A stretch of DNA of 64,000 nt from an uncultured Candidatus Saccharibacteria bacterium (GCA_964613715.1 CAZTJK010000002.1:40355-104354); one strand, 5' to 3'; positions 18,843 through 29,185 are shown, numbered from the stretch's first letter. The notes: generated by a model not told the origin, from the letters alone. Program-made: numbers and translations.

Positions 18843-21036
18843 ATTCTTCCTTCTTCTTTTTCGCGAATCGGCCGCGGCGCAGCTTTTTCTCCTCTTTCAA
18901 TATCTCGAGCGCGCGAAGCAAATCTATCGCATACACGTCATCTGTCTTGAGCGAGCGGAAATCAGGCTTCGGCTTCGTCATGTGCGCGATATATGGGCCG
19001 AAGCGGCCGGTATTGGCGACGATCTTTTCTCCAGTTTCAGGATGGGCACCGAGCTCGCGCGGGAGCGAGAGATATTTCAGTGCCTGTTCCATCGTCACCT
19101 CATCCGGGTTCACGCCTTTCGGGATCGATGCCTTTCGGGATTTTACTTTCTTCTTGCCTTTGCCACTGTCTTCACCAAGCTGCACGTACGGGCCATATTT
19201 TCCGCTCTTCTGGGTGATATCGAGGCCGGTTGCCGGATCGGTGCCGATGACCTTGTCTTTCGGCAGCTCCGTGCCATCGATCATCAAGGCGCCATTGCAG
19301 TCCGGATATCGCGAGCAGGAGAGGAATTTGCCATTTCTGCCGAGCTTCACGATCATCGAAGAGCCGCAGACAGGGCATTTGAATTTCGATTCGGCCTCGC
19401 CGAGATTTGTTACTTTCGCCATCTTGTCTTTCGACTTCACGTCTTTGGCAAATGGGCCGTAGAAATCCTTCAGCGTCTTCTCGTATTCACGCTTGCCCTC
19501 GGCGATATCGTCGAGCTCGTCTTCCATTTCTGCGGTAAAGGAGTCGCTGATGTACTCAGCAAAATTATTCTCCAAAAAGCTTGAGACCACGTCGCCGGTA
19601 TCAGTCGGGATGAGCGCCTTACCTTCTTTGTTCACATAGCCGCGCTCCTCGATCGTCTTCATGATTGAGGCATAGGTCGACGGACGTCCGATGCCGCGCT
19701 TCTCGAGCTCTTTGATGAGCCCTGCTTCGGTATAGCGGGTCGGCGGCTCGGTGAATTTCTCTTGGCTGCGAATATCGAGGAGTTTAAGTGTCTCGCCTTC
19801 AGAGACTTTCGGCAATTCCACATCTTCGCCGCGGGCATCCGGGTCGGCTTTGAGCCAGCCATCGAAAAGCATGCGCGAGCCGTTGATGGAAAAGTTCGGA
19901 ATATCGCCCGCGCCGACCTGCGCCGTGATTTTCGTGCGGAGAATCTTCGCATCGCTCATCTGGCTTGCGGCTGTGCGTCGCCAGATCAGGGCGTAGAGCG
20001 CGCGCTGCTCGTCGGTGCCCGCCATTTCTTTTGATATATCCGTCGGGCGGATAGCCTCGTGCGCTTCCTGGGCATTCTTGCTTTTTGTTGCGTAGACAGT
20101 GCGCTTGGCATAGTCAGCACCGTATTTCTTGCTGACGAGCGCGCCGATCTGGTCGAGCGCGCTTGCCGCAAGGTTCGTGCTGTCCGTACGCATATACGTG
20201 ATGAAGCCCGCTTCATAGAGCTTTTGTGCAATGCGCATCGTGTTGGCTGGCGAATAGCCGAGGCGCGTGCTTGCCGCCTGCTGGAGGGTCGACGTCGTAA
20301 ACGGTGCGCGCGGAGAGCGCTTCGCTTCTGTTTCGGTCACGCTTTTGACCGCCCAAGCTTCCTTATTGCCGGTATCGAGTATCTTTTTTACGAGCTTTGC
20401 GTCCCGCGGCTCTTCGTCGCAGTTCAAAGTCATTTTCACTTTGGCTTTCGTGTCGGTATCTGCCTCGATGACCCAATACTGCTCGGGCTTGAATGCGCGG
20501 ATCTCGCGCTCGCGCTCCATGATGATGCGCAAAGCGGGAGACTGCACGCGTCCAGCAGAGAGGCCGTAGCGGACTTTTTTCCAAATGAGGCCGGAGAGAT
20601 CATAGCCGACGAGGCGGTCGAGCACGCGGCGCGCCTCCTGCGCGCGACGCAGATTTTCGTCGATATCGGTCGGATGAGTGATGGCCTCCTTTACTGCGTC
20701 TTTGGTGATCTCATAAAAGCGCACGCGCTTCGGTTTTTTCAATCCCACTGCCTGCTGAATATGCCAAGCGATGGCCTCTCCTTCGCGGTCAGGGTCGGTG
20801 GCAAGCAGCACTTCGTCAGCTTTTTTTGCAAGCGACTGTATTTCGCTGATGACCTTTTCCTTGCCCGGAGAGATGACATAGCGGGGGACAAATCCTGCCT
20901 TCACGTCGATCGCATCTTTGTTCGATTTCGGCAAGTCGCGCACGTGGCCGACCGATGCACGCACGGTATAGTCGCTTCCCAAATATTTTTCTATGGTCTT
21001 TGCTTTCGACGGAGATTCAACGATGACTAATTTCAT
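18841..21036 (-). CDS. topA: DNA topoisomerase I
   Basis: 731 aa; MKLVIVESPSKAKTIEKYLG...VRASVGHVRDLP Toprim start, active-site region, C-terminal Zn ribbons (CPVCGSSM...CSRYPDC). Confidence 0.95.
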   Translation of the reverse strand: MKLVIVESPSKAKTIEKYLGSDYTVRASVGHVRDLPKSNKDAIDVKAGFVPRYVISPGKEKVISEIQSLAKKADEVLLATDPDREGEAIAWHIQQAVGLKKPKRVRFYEITKDAVKEAITHPTDIDENLRRAQEARRVLDRLVGYDLSGLIWKKVRYGLSAGRVQSPALRIIMEREREIRAFKPEQYWVIEADTDTKAKVKMTLNCDEEPRDAKLVKKILDTGNKEAWAVKSVTETEAKRSPRAPFTTSTLQQAASTRLGYSPANTMRIAQKLYEAGFITYMRTDSTNLAASALDQIGALVSKKYGADYAKRTVYATKSKNAQEAHEAIRPTDISKEMAGTDEQRALYALIWRRTAASQMSDAKILRTKITAQVGAGDIPNFSINGSRMLFDGWLKADPDARGEDVELPKVSEGETLKLLDIRSQEKFTEPPTRYTEAGLIKELEKRGIGRPSTYASIMKTIEERGYVNKEGKALIPTDTGDVVSSFLENNFAEYISDSFTAEMEDELDDIAEGKREYEKTLKDFYGPFAKDVKSKDKMAKVTNLGEAESKFKCPVCGSSMIVKLGRNGKFLSCSRYPDCNGALMIDGTELPKDKVIGTDPATGLDITQKSGKYGPYVQLGEDSGKGKKKVKSRKASIPKGVNPDEVTMEQALKYLSLPRELGAHPETGEKIVANTGRFGPYIAHMTKPKPDFRSLKTDDVYAIDLLRALEILKEEKKLRRGRFAKKKKEE

Positions 21037-21093
21037 TAGGCAGTAGTATTACATGGAAAGGGAAAAAGATGCAAACCGAGCGTATAAATGTAC

Positions 21094-21984
21094 TTATTGT
21101 AATCTCATCTCTCCCATACTCTCTATAATCAATCCTTTAATTTCCATCATCGAGAGTATCGCGCTTGCTTTTGAAATAGGTATTTTCATTTGGCGGAGCA
21201 GCTCGTTTTTTTGGAGTGGCTCGGACAAGAGTTTCACTACGAGCAATTCGTCTTCCGAACAATCGGCATATTTCAATTTAAGATTTTCCGTTTTTTCCTC
21301 CGCATGAAAGCCGAGTGCTTCGAGTATATCTGCACTGTTTCTAATAGGCGTGGCGCCCAGGCGTATCAGCATGTGTGGGCCGTCGGAATTTTTTGAGAAT
21401 ATGCTGCCCGGTACGGCGAGTACATCGCGATTGTATTCGGTAGCGAATTTCGACGTGATGAGTGTGCCGGATTTTGTTTCTGCCTCAATGACGAGCACGG
21501 CGTCTGAAAGTCCCGCCATGATGCGATTCCTCTGCGGGAAACTCCATGGCGTCGCGCGGAAATCAGGCTCGAATTCGGAGACGAGCGCGCCGCCTGACCG
21601 GAGTATCTTTTCAGCAAGCTGCTTGTGCATGGCAGGGTAAAGGGCCTTTTCATCGAGACCCGAGCCGGGCACTGCAATCGTCTTCAATCCCGCATCAAGC
21701 GCTGCGCGATGGGCAATCGCGTCGATGCCAAGTGCGAGACCCGAGATGATGCAAATATCATATCCGCGAAGGCCTGCGATGAGCGCTTCACAGGCATCTT
21801 TGCCATAGCTCGTATGCTTTCGCGAGCCCACGACGCAGAGCATTTTTGTCCCGCTTTTCGGCAGTGCGCCTTTTGCCCACAGCTTTTTGGGAGCATCGGG
21901 AATCTCGCGGAGCTTTTCCGGAAACTCATCAGGTGAAAGTGCAATCATGTCGAAGTCGGCGTACATTTGAAGGGATTCTATCAT
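21094..21984 (-). CDS. dprA: DNA processing protein DprA (Smf)
   Basis: 296 aa; Rossmann-like core GLALGIDAIAHRAALDAG..TIAVPGSGLD.. and C-terminal winged-helix; dprA-topA adjacency is conserved. Confidence 0.9.
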   Translation of the reverse strand: MIESLQMYADFDMIALSPDEFPEKLREIPDAPKKLWAKGALPKSGTKMLCVVGSRKHTSYGKDACEALIAGLRGYDICIISGLALGIDAIAHRAALDAGLKTIAVPGSGLDEKALYPAMHKQLAEKILRSGGALVSEFEPDFRATPWSFPQRNRIMAGLSDAVLVIEAETKSGTLITSKFATEYNRDVLAVPGSIFSKNSDGPHMLIRLGATPIRNSADILEALGFHAEEKTENLKLKYADCSEDELLVVKLLSEPLQKNELLRQMKIPISKASAILSMMEIKGLIIESMGEMRLQ

Positions 21985-22012
21985 GTGCTATGATGAAACG
22001 AAACGGAAAAAT

Positions 22013-23287
22013 ATGCTCGACATCAAGTTCATCCGCGAGAATCAGGATCTCATCCGCGAAGCTGCCCGGAAAAAGCATGTGAAATTTGACGTTGCCGAGC
22101 TCGTGAAGCTTGATGATGCCCGCCGCGAGCTCCTCACCTCGATCGAGAAGAAGCGCGCGAATCAGAACGAGGTCTCGCAGCGCCTCCCGCAGCTGAAAGA
22201 TGATGCGCAGAAGCGCGAGCTTTTGAATCAGATGAAGCTCTTGAAGGAAGACTTGCAGAAAGAGGAGGAAAAGCTCAAAGAAACCATGAAAGCCTGGCAG
22301 GAGCTTATGCTCAAGGTACCGAATGTGCCGGATGTTTCCGTGCCGGAAGGCGAGAGCGATGCGGATAATAAGGAAACGAAAAAATGGGGCGAGCCGAAAA
22401 AATTCGATTTCGTGCCGAAAGACCATATCGCGCTCATGGAAGCACTTGATCTCGCCGATTTCGAGACTGGCGCTAAAGTCGCAGGCTTCCGCGGCTACTT
22501 CCTGAAGAACGAAGGCGCCGAGCTCGAGTTTGCCGTCTGGCAGCTTGCCGTCGATCTTTTCCGCGAGAAGAAATCAGACTACAGAATGATGTTCGTGCCG
22601 TCCCTCGTGCGTCGCGAGACGCTCCTCGGCACCGGCTATTTGCCGCAGGGCGAGGACGATTTGTATAAAACGCAAGACGCCGACTATCTCGCGGGCACTG
22701 CAGAAGTGGCGACGATGAGCTATTTCGCCGACAAGGTCCTCAAGAAAGAAGAATTGCCGAAAAAGGTGCTCGCATTTTCGCCGGCATTCCGTCGCGAAGC
22801 AGGCAGCTATTCGAAAGACGTGAAGGGCCTCTATCGCGTGCACGAGTTTATGAAGTTCGAGCAGGTGATACTCTGCGAAGCCTCACATGAGGAAAGCATG
22901 AAGCATCATGAGGAATTGCTTGCGAATGCCGAAGACATACTCCAGGCGCTCGAGATTCCGTACCATGTTGTCCTTTCCTGCGGAGGCGATCTCGGCCTCG
23001 GCCAGGTAAAGAAATACGATATCGAAGCATGGATGCCGTCGAAAAACAAATACGGTGAGACACATTCCTGTTCCTATTTTCATGATTTCCAGACGCGCCG
23101 CCTGAATATCAAGTACAAAGACGCCGATGGCAAGCAGAAATTCGCCCACTCGCTCAACAACACCGCTATTGCTACGCCGCGCATCCTGATCCAGATCATC
23201 GAGAATTATCAGAATGCCGACGGCTCTATCACTATTCCGAAAGCACTCCAAACATACATGGGCGGCAAGACGGTGATCGCAAAATAA
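22013..23287 (+). CDS. serS: Seryl-tRNA synthetase
   Basis: MLDIKFIRENQDLIRE... N-terminal coiled-coil arm, class II motifs (FRREAGS, GLYRVHEF, ...SLNNTAIATPRIL); start trimmed to ATG 22013. Confidence 0.9.
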   Translation: MLDIKFIRENQDLIREAARKKHVKFDVAELVKLDDARRELLTSIEKKRANQNEVSQRLPQLKDDAQKRELLNQMKLLKEDLQKEEEKLKETMKAWQELMLKVPNVPDVSVPEGESDADNKETKKWGEPKKFDFVPKDHIALMEALDLADFETGAKVAGFRGYFLKNEGAELEFAVWQLAVDLFREKKSDYRMMFVPSLVRRETLLGTGYLPQGEDDLYKTQDADYLAGTAEVATMSYFADKVLKKEELPKKVLAFSPAFRREAGSYSKDVKGLYRVHEFMKFEQVILCEASHEESMKHHEELLANAEDILQALEIPYHVVLSCGGDLGLGQVKKYDIEAWMPSKNKYGETHSCSYFHDFQTRRLNIKYKDADGKQKFAHSLNNTAIATPRILIQIIENYQNADGSITIPKALQTYMGGKTVIAK

Positions 23288-23295
23288 TAAGACCT

Positions 23296-23619
23296 ATGCT
23301 GAAGGATACGGTATATGTCCAAGTGTCTACGACCGTCGCTACAAAAAAAGATGCCGAGCGAATAGCCGCATGCCTGGCAGATCGGAAACTTTCAGCTTGT
23401 ACGCAGATTGCCGGACCGATCGAGAGTATCTATCGGTGGAACGGGAAGCGCGAGCGGGCGAAAGAATGGCTTTGTATCATCAAGACAAAAAAGATCCTCT
23501 CTGTGCTGCTCGAGAAAGTGCTCAAGGAAATCCATCCCTATACGCTGCCAGAAATTATTGTCACGCCGATTGTCGGGGGGAGCGACGAGTACCTTACTTG
23601 GATGGGTCAGCAATTTTAA
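23296..23619 (+). CDS. cutA: Divalent-cation tolerance protein CutA
   Basis: 107 aa; CutA1 pattern (A.C.Q...IESIYRW.G......EW....KT, HPYTLPEII). Confidence 0.75.
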   Translation: MLKDTVYVQVSTTVATKKDAERIAACLADRKLSACTQIAGPIESIYRWNGKRERAKEWLCIIKTKKILSVLLEKVLKEIHPYTLPEIIVTPIVGGSDEYLTWMGQQF

Positions 23620-23622
23620 CCT

Positions 23623-24444
23623 ATGCGTGAACGATCCACTATCGGCGTTATTCTGAAAAAGAAAAAGCGGGCGAGCACCGCAAAACGGATCGGCGTATGG
23701 GCAGTATTCATTGTCTTTTTTATTTCTCTCGCAGTCCTCGGCTTGACGGCATATCAGGTACGCGTACACGATGTCGTGATTACTGGCAATAGCGCTGTGC
23801 ATACGGCTGACATTGCGGCAGTGGCCGATACGCTGCTCGATAAGCGGTATCTTGGCATCGTTGCTACCGACAATATTCTTCTCTTGGATCGTGCGGGTAT
23901 CAAAAATACACTGCTTGCGACTTTCAAGAATATACATACCGTCGAGATCTCATTTTCGGGTCTCAATACACTCCATATCAGCGTGACGGAACGCCTGATG
24001 CAGAGCCTCTGGTGCGCCGGCATGCCGGATCATCCGGGCGCATGCTTTTTTATGGATAGCGACGGATTCGTATTCGCAAAGGCGACAAGCACTGCGATAA
24101 GCATACCGCGTTATTTCGGTTTGATCGCAAGTTCCAGTCCGATCGGTGAATCATATGCAAGCTCGAGCTTTTTCGCGCTCCTTGCGAAAGTCTTCGATAC
24201 CGTCCGTGCCATGCAGTTTGCGCCATATGCATTTTCGGCACAGAGCATAGACGAATACGAGATCACGCTGAAGGGAGGCGGCATACTGTATCTGAATAAC
24301 GGGAAACCGTTCAGTCAGTCGCTCATGAATCTGCAGGCACTTATCGATAATGGCTATATCAAAACGGACGATGGATTTCTTAAGAAAATCCAATATATAG
24401 ATTTGCGCTACGGCAACAAGGTAGACTTCAAGCTCATTCAATAG
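23623..24444 (+). CDS. ftsQ: Cell division protein FtsQ/DivIB-like (POTRA domain)
   Basis: 273 aa; N-terminal TM anchor then V.V.GN... POTRA-like start (VHDVVITGNSAVHTADI) and C-terminal beta domain; family assignment by architecture. Confidence 0.55.
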   Translation: MRERSTIGVILKKKKRASTAKRIGVWAVFIVFFISLAVLGLTAYQVRVHDVVITGNSAVHTADIAAVADTLLDKRYLGIVATDNILLLDRAGIKNTLLATFKNIHTVEISFSGLNTLHISVTERLMQSLWCAGMPDHPGACFFMDSDGFVFAKATSTAISIPRYFGLIASSSPIGESYASSSFFALLAKVFDTVRAMQFAPYAFSAQSIDEYEITLKGGGILYLNNGKPFSQSLMNLQALIDNGYIKTDDGFLKKIQYIDLRYGNKVDFKLIQ

Positions 24445-24447
24445 CGA

Positions 24448-26343
24448 TTACAAGAGGCTTTCGGGATCAACATTCACTGAGAAGTTTTGTGGAAGACTTC
24501 GTAGCTTCTCGACGAGCACTGGATCCGGCCATGCACCCGGCGCCAGGCGCACGATGCCATGGATGGCGAACAAGCCTTTCTTTTCGGGAATGAATGCGGG
24601 AAAGACATCCATTGCATAAGGAGCAATGAGTGTTTGTGCTTTTTCCATAGCGTCCGTGGCTTGCTGCTTTTTGCCGGAAACGGAAATCTTGATGATAGTG
24701 GCAAACGGGGGATACGAGAGCCGCTTGCGGTCTTCGGTTTCATCGCGAAAAAAATCGATCAGATTGCCTGCGTGCGCGTACCCGAAGACCTTCTGCTCCG
24801 CATCCCGCGTCTGGATGATCATCGTGCGGTCGGTGATCGAGCGCATTTTCAGGAGGATGCCGAGCACGCGTTCATTGATCCGGAAATCCGGAATGGCAAA
24901 AAAGGTATCCATGGATGCGACCGCCGAGTTTTCTATTTTCTGATCGAGATAGAGGAGTGCGCGCTCCGTGCCAACGAGAATGCCTTGCGGCGCCGCATAG
25001 AATTTCTCCGCGACAGCAAGGGCTTTCGCATGAGTCGGCGTCTTGTCGGCATCGATGCGGAAGAAATTGCCATTCGGAAAGAGCCGCTTCAATTCTTCTT
25101 CGACGCGCTCTATGCCGATGCCAAGCTGCGCGAGACGCCATCCGCCGCAGTGCCGACATGCTTCATGGGCGTTCCGGCGCTCGCCGCAGTTATGGCAGAG
25201 GAAGAAATTGCCGGACGGCGCGCTATGGAGCACCGTATGCGCGCCGCAAGTATTGCATGCGAATATCGTACCGCAATCGGAGCAGACGGTTGATGGCGAC
25301 AGGCCCCGCCGCGCAGCAAATATGAACATATGCTCATTCTCCTCGACATTTTTCATGATGGCAGACAAGAGCGCATGGCTGAAGAGAGAGAATCCTTGTT
25401 TCTCATGTTCGGGAGCTTTCTGTGTTCTCATGTCGACGAGGGATTCGGTCGCCGTCGAAAGAGATCGGAATTTCAAAGGTACGATATCAAAGAGCTCGCC
25501 CTGCTTGTGGCGGTACATGGTTTCTACGCGGACAATCATGTCGCCAAAAATGATTCGCGCTTTTGTTTCTTTGGCGATAAGCTCCGCACATGTCCGCAGG
25601 TCAAGATACGGCCGGGAGAGCTGCTTATATGCCCGGGAGCTTTCCCGATCAAGGATGATGGTGCTCACATTCTGCTTCGGTACCGACAAAAAGCCTGCCG
25701 TTGCGATGATGAGGATCGGATGCTTTTCGGCGAGGATCGCCTGTACCGTTTCCGTAACTTGCTTCTTGTTCAAGAGCCCGTGCAGAATGAATGTATAACG
25801 CTCAATACCTTTCGACAGGATATCGTGTGCCTTCTTGATATCTTGGATCGTCGGCAGGCAGAAAAAGACCGAGCCACCCCTGACGAATTCTTCGCGGATG
25901 ATGCTCTTATACTGGGCATAGCGTTCCTCGTCCGGCGATTGGATTAGATAGTGCTCCTTCGCGGTATGCTCGATGCCGTGCTCATGCTCTGGCAGGGTGA
26001 ATACTTCAGCTTTTTCAAAGAGAATGTGCGGGACAAGCGCGCTCGCTACCGTACCCGTGTATGTCGCGTAATAGGTAGCGATATGCTCGCATGCGCGAAT
26101 GAATGCAGGGGAGAGCAGACGCGTCGCTTTCACTTTCTCGACGCGCTTGAGTGCGAAGGGCGACTGCTTGACCGCTGATTTTGCTTCGAGCATATTGACG
26201 CTTTTGATCACGAGTGCCGGCACTGTCTTTTTCCGCAACGGCACTTTCACAATCGAGCCAACCATCACGTCATTTGCCGTGAAGTATGTAAGCGTTTCTT
26301 TTGCGACCGATTTCGCGATCGGCACTACTTCGAGGATGTTCAT
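24448..26343 (-). CDS. priA: Primosomal protein N' (PriA) homolog with degenerate helicase ATPase motifs
   Basis: 631 aa; aligns to PriA through 3'BD N-domain, helicase core and the Cys-rich zinc region (CSDCGTIFACNTCGAHTVLH...CHNCGERR..CRHCGG), but Walker A position reads HYLIQSPDEER instead of GVTGSGKTE and motif II reads IILDRESS instead of VIDEEHD. Confidence 0.65.
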   Translation of the reverse strand: MNILEVVPIAKSVAKETLTYFTANDVMVGSIVKVPLRKKTVPALVIKSVNMLEAKSAVKQSPFALKRVEKVKATRLLSPAFIRACEHIATYYATYTGTVASALVPHILFEKAEVFTLPEHEHGIEHTAKEHYLIQSPDEERYAQYKSIIREEFVRGGSVFFCLPTIQDIKKAHDILSKGIERYTFILHGLLNKKQVTETVQAILAEKHPILIIATAGFLSVPKQNVSTIILDRESSRAYKQLSRPYLDLRTCAELIAKETKARIIFGDMIVRVETMYRHKQGELFDIVPLKFRSLSTATESLVDMRTQKAPEHEKQGFSLFSHALLSAIMKNVEENEHMFIFAARRGLSPSTVCSDCGTIFACNTCGAHTVLHSAPSGNFFLCHNCGERRNAHEACRHCGGWRLAQLGIGIERVEEELKRLFPNGNFFRIDADKTPTHAKALAVAEKFYAAPQGILVGTERALLYLDQKIENSAVASMDTFFAIPDFRINERVLGILLKMRSITDRTMIIQTRDAEQKVFGYAHAGNLIDFFRDETEDRKRLSYPPFATIIKISVSGKKQQATDAMEKAQTLIAPYAMDVFPAFIPEKKGLFAIHGIVRLAPGAWPDPVLVEKLRSLPQNFSVNVDPESLL

Positions 26344-26408
26344 GCAGCTTCATCATCGCAAAAAAACGCATTTTGTTCAAACAGCCAGCCGGTTCAGAGG
26401 ACCTGCGT

Positions 26409-27716
26409 TTAGAATATCTTGATCTTTGCACCGAGCGCGTTCAGCCGGGCAGCAATATCCTCGTACCCGCGGTTGATGCTGTAGACATTGCGCAAAATGG
26501 ATGTACCTTTGGCGCCAAGCATGCCAATGAGGATGATTGCGGCAGGGCGAAGTGCTGGCGGGCAGATGATTTCAGCAGGTTTGAGTTCGGTTTTCCCATT
26601 CACGTAAAAGCGATGCGGATCGGCGAGAATAGTATCCGCGCCGAGCTTGTCGAGCTCTTTATAATGTATTGCGCGTTTCTCATAGACCCAGTCATGGATG
26701 AGCGTCTGGCCTTTTGCCTGTGTAGCAATGACTGCGAAGAAGGGGAGATTATCAATATTGAGGCCCGGATACGGGCGGGATTCTATTTTGTCATGGAGCG
26801 CAATCAGATTGGATGCATAGGTCTTGATGTCGACAAGATTCGTTGTGCCATTCTCTGCCCTATAGCGTTTTATAATCTCGTACTTGAAGCCCATTTTTTT
26901 CAATTTCAAAAGCTCGATCTCCAGGAAATCAATCGGGCAGCGGGTGATGGTGATGCCGGATCGCGTGACTGCCGCCGCTGCAAGGAAGAACATGCTGTCG
27001 ATCGGGTCTTCGGAAAGATAATAGGTTACATCTTTCTCGATGGATGAAATGCCGTGGATGGTAAGCGTCGTCGTGCCGATGCCGTCTATTTTCACGCCGA
27101 GCTTCTCAAGAAAGAAGCAGAGATCCTGTACTTGGTAATTTGCCGAGGCAAACTTGATGATAGTGTCGCCCGGGATAAGTGCTGCAGCCATGATGGCATT
27201 TTCCGTCACGGTATCGCCTGATTCATAGAGGGCGAATTCCGCCGGGCGGAGCGCAGCGTGCGTTATCTCAAAGCTCCGCTCTTTCGCAACAATCTCAATG
27301 TCAAAATTCTCGAGCGCGAAGAAATGCGGGCTGACGGTACGGGCACCGAGCTTGCAGCCGCCCGATTGTGGCAAGGAGAATTTCTTGAAGAAATGCACGA
27401 GTGGGCCAATGAGCATGATGATACTTCTCGTTTTCTCGGCAGAAACCTTATTTATTTTCGCAAGATCGATCTTGCCCGCACGGATCTCGAGATCATTGTC
27501 GATCCAGCGCGCGGCGACATTGATACTTTCAAGTACTTCTACCATACGATAGACTTCTTCGATCTTCGGAACATTTTTCAGGAGCGTTTTGCCGCGATTG
27601 AGGAGCGCTGCGGAAATGATGCCCATAGCGCCATTTTTCGAGGTTTTCGTCGCGACAATGCCAGAAAGCTTTTTGCCGCCCTCGATTTCGAAATTGATCG
27701 GTCCTTTTTCCTGCAT
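26409..27716 (-). CDS. murA: UDP-N-acetylglucosamine 1-carboxyvinyltransferase
   Basis: 435 aa; EPSP-synthase fold MurA motifs (KNG.M....A.LL..G...L.NVP, active-site loop region, C-terminal ...NRGYEDI..L..LGA.I). Confidence 0.9.
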   Translation of the reverse strand: MQEKGPINFEIEGGKKLSGIVATKTSKNGAMGIISAALLNRGKTLLKNVPKIEEVYRMVEVLESINVAARWIDNDLEIRAGKIDLAKINKVSAEKTRSIIMLIGPLVHFFKKFSLPQSGGCKLGARTVSPHFFALENFDIEIVAKERSFEITHAALRPAEFALYESGDTVTENAIMAAALIPGDTIIKFASANYQVQDLCFFLEKLGVKIDGIGTTTLTIHGISSIEKDVTYYLSEDPIDSMFFLAAAAVTRSGITITRCPIDFLEIELLKLKKMGFKYEIIKRYRAENGTTNLVDIKTYASNLIALHDKIESRPYPGLNIDNLPFFAVIATQAKGQTLIHDWVYEKRAIHYKELDKLGADTILADPHRFYVNGKTELKPAEIICPPALRPAAIILIGMLGAKGTSILRNVYSINRGYEDIAARLNALGAKIKIF

Positions 27717-27788
27717 AAGTCTCGTGAGTATAGCATATTCGTTTGCAAAAAATAGCCGAACAGGTAGTATACAAACTAAGAAAAACCT

Positions 27789-28802
27789 ATGTCTTTTTTT
27801 ACTCGCAAACTCGGCATCGATCTCGGTACGGCGAATACTCTTGTCTTTCTGCCGAATAAGGGCGTAGTCCTTTTTGAGCCATCGGTGGTTGCCATCGCCG
27901 AGCAGGACAATAAGATTCTCGCAGTAGGACTTGAAGCGAAATCCATGATCGGCCGCACGCCGGATTCAATCATCGCGTATCGCCCGATGAAGGACGGCGT
28001 CATCGCGGACTATCGCGTGACGGAAGCGATGCTGCGCTATTTCATCGACAAGGCACTCGGCAAGTGGAATATCTTCAAGCCAGAGGTCATGGTTTCGGTG
28101 CCGGCTGGTATCACGTCGACGGAGCGCCGTGCAGTCGTTGAAGCAGCTATTCGCGCCGGTGCCAAGAATGCATATGTCGTGAAAGAGCCGATCCTTGCAG
28201 CGATCGGCGCGGGCATTCCTATTTATGAGCCGATGGGGCATATGATCGTGGATATTGGTGGTGGCACGACGGACGTTGCGGTTATATCGCTTGGTGGCAT
28301 CGTGGCATCGACATCAGTGAAATGCGCGGGCAATAAGATCGATGCGGCGATTGCTGACTATATCAAGAAAACATTCAATCTTGCGATCGGCGACAAGACA
28401 GCCGAGGATATCAAGATCAATATCGGTTCTGCCGTGCCGGTTGAGGACGAGCTTGCCATGATGATCAAGGGCCGTGATTTCCTCACAGGGCTTCCGCGCT
28501 CGACCGAAATCAAGACGAATGAAATTGTCAAAGCCATTTCAAAAGAATTGAAAGACATGATCAAGGCGATCAAGGATGTCTTGCAGGATACGCCGCCCGA
28601 GCTTGCCGCGGATATTATTGATAATGGTATCATCATGACCGGCGGCTCTTCGCAGCTGCGCAATCTGACCGAGCTTGTCTTCCGCCGTACGGGCGTCAAA
28701 GCGCAGGTTGCCAAGGACCCGCTCTATTGTGTGGCGAAGGGGACTGGTACTGCCCTTGAGCATCTTGATACCTACAAGAAGTCGATCATTGCAAAGCGAT
28801 AA
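27789..28802 (+). CDS. mreB: Rod shape-determining protein MreB paralog (Mbl-like second copy)
   Basis: 337 aa; actin-fold phosphate-1 (GIDLGTANTLV), DIGGGTTDVAVIS, GIIMTGGSSQLRNL. Confidence 0.85.
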   Translation: MSFFTRKLGIDLGTANTLVFLPNKGVVLFEPSVVAIAEQDNKILAVGLEAKSMIGRTPDSIIAYRPMKDGVIADYRVTEAMLRYFIDKALGKWNIFKPEVMVSVPAGITSTERRAVVEAAIRAGAKNAYVVKEPILAAIGAGIPIYEPMGHMIVDIGGGTTDVAVISLGGIVASTSVKCAGNKIDAAIADYIKKTFNLAIGDKTAEDIKINIGSAVPVEDELAMMIKGRDFLTGLPRSTEIKTNEIVKAISKELKDMIKAIKDVLQDTPPELAADIIDNGIIMTGGSSQLRNLTELVFRRTGVKAQVAKDPLYCVAKGTGTALEHLDTYKKSIIAKR

Positions 28803-28855
28803 TTTTTGTGGTATTATAAAAAAAGAGCTGTTATACATAGCAAAAGGAGTTTCTC

Positions 28856-29161
28856 ATGGAAACTGTTGCCCTGGTTCTTTTTAGTATTATCATCGTTTGT
28901 TCAGTACTGTCATTTCCTTGCGTAAGCGTCCTTGTGGGAGGCATACGCGGATTACAAGTACTATTTCCAGCTTTCGGCAAGCTATTCAATGCATCAAGTT
29001 TCTTAAGCATTGTGGCGATGCTTGGAATCTTCCTGCTTTTGTTTGCAGGCATTTACTGCGATTGGCATTTGCAAGAATGGCTGCGAAAAAAGATCGGCTT
29101 CAAAGGATTCCTGTATTGGTATTCCAAAACCGTACTTCCATACCCGCTCGATATCCAATAG
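28856..29161 (+). CDS. Hypothetical small membrane protein
   Basis: 101 aa, RBS aaaaggag, 3 hydrophobic segments; stop codon sits in the loop of a perfect 12-bp hairpin terminator. Confidence 0.5.
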   Translation: METVALVLFSIIIVCSVLSFPCVSVLVGGIRGLQVLFPAFGKLFNASSFLSIVAMLGIFLLLFAGIYCDWHLQEWLRKKIGFKGFLYWYSKTVLPYPLDIQ

Positions 29162-29178
29162 GATATCGAGCGTTTTTG
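29145..29178 (+). terminator. Rho-independent terminator
   Basis: cgctcgatatcc-aata-ggatatcgagcg perfect hairpin + TTTTT. Confidence 0.85.
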
Positions 29179-29185
29179 TTATATT

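Noticed and set aside
18309-21030. Antisense ORFs within relA/spoT and topA (18309..18950 +, 18796..19584 +, 20059..21030 +)
   Set aside because: They are antisense to genes with strong homology and have no motifs of their own. They overlap the topA terminator.
24559-25947. Several overlapping plus-strand ORFs antisense to priA (24559..25293, 25043..25798, 25330..25947)
   Set aside because: They are antisense to a gene whose identity is supported end-to-end. They are Arg/Ala-rich artefacts of GC-rich antisense frames.
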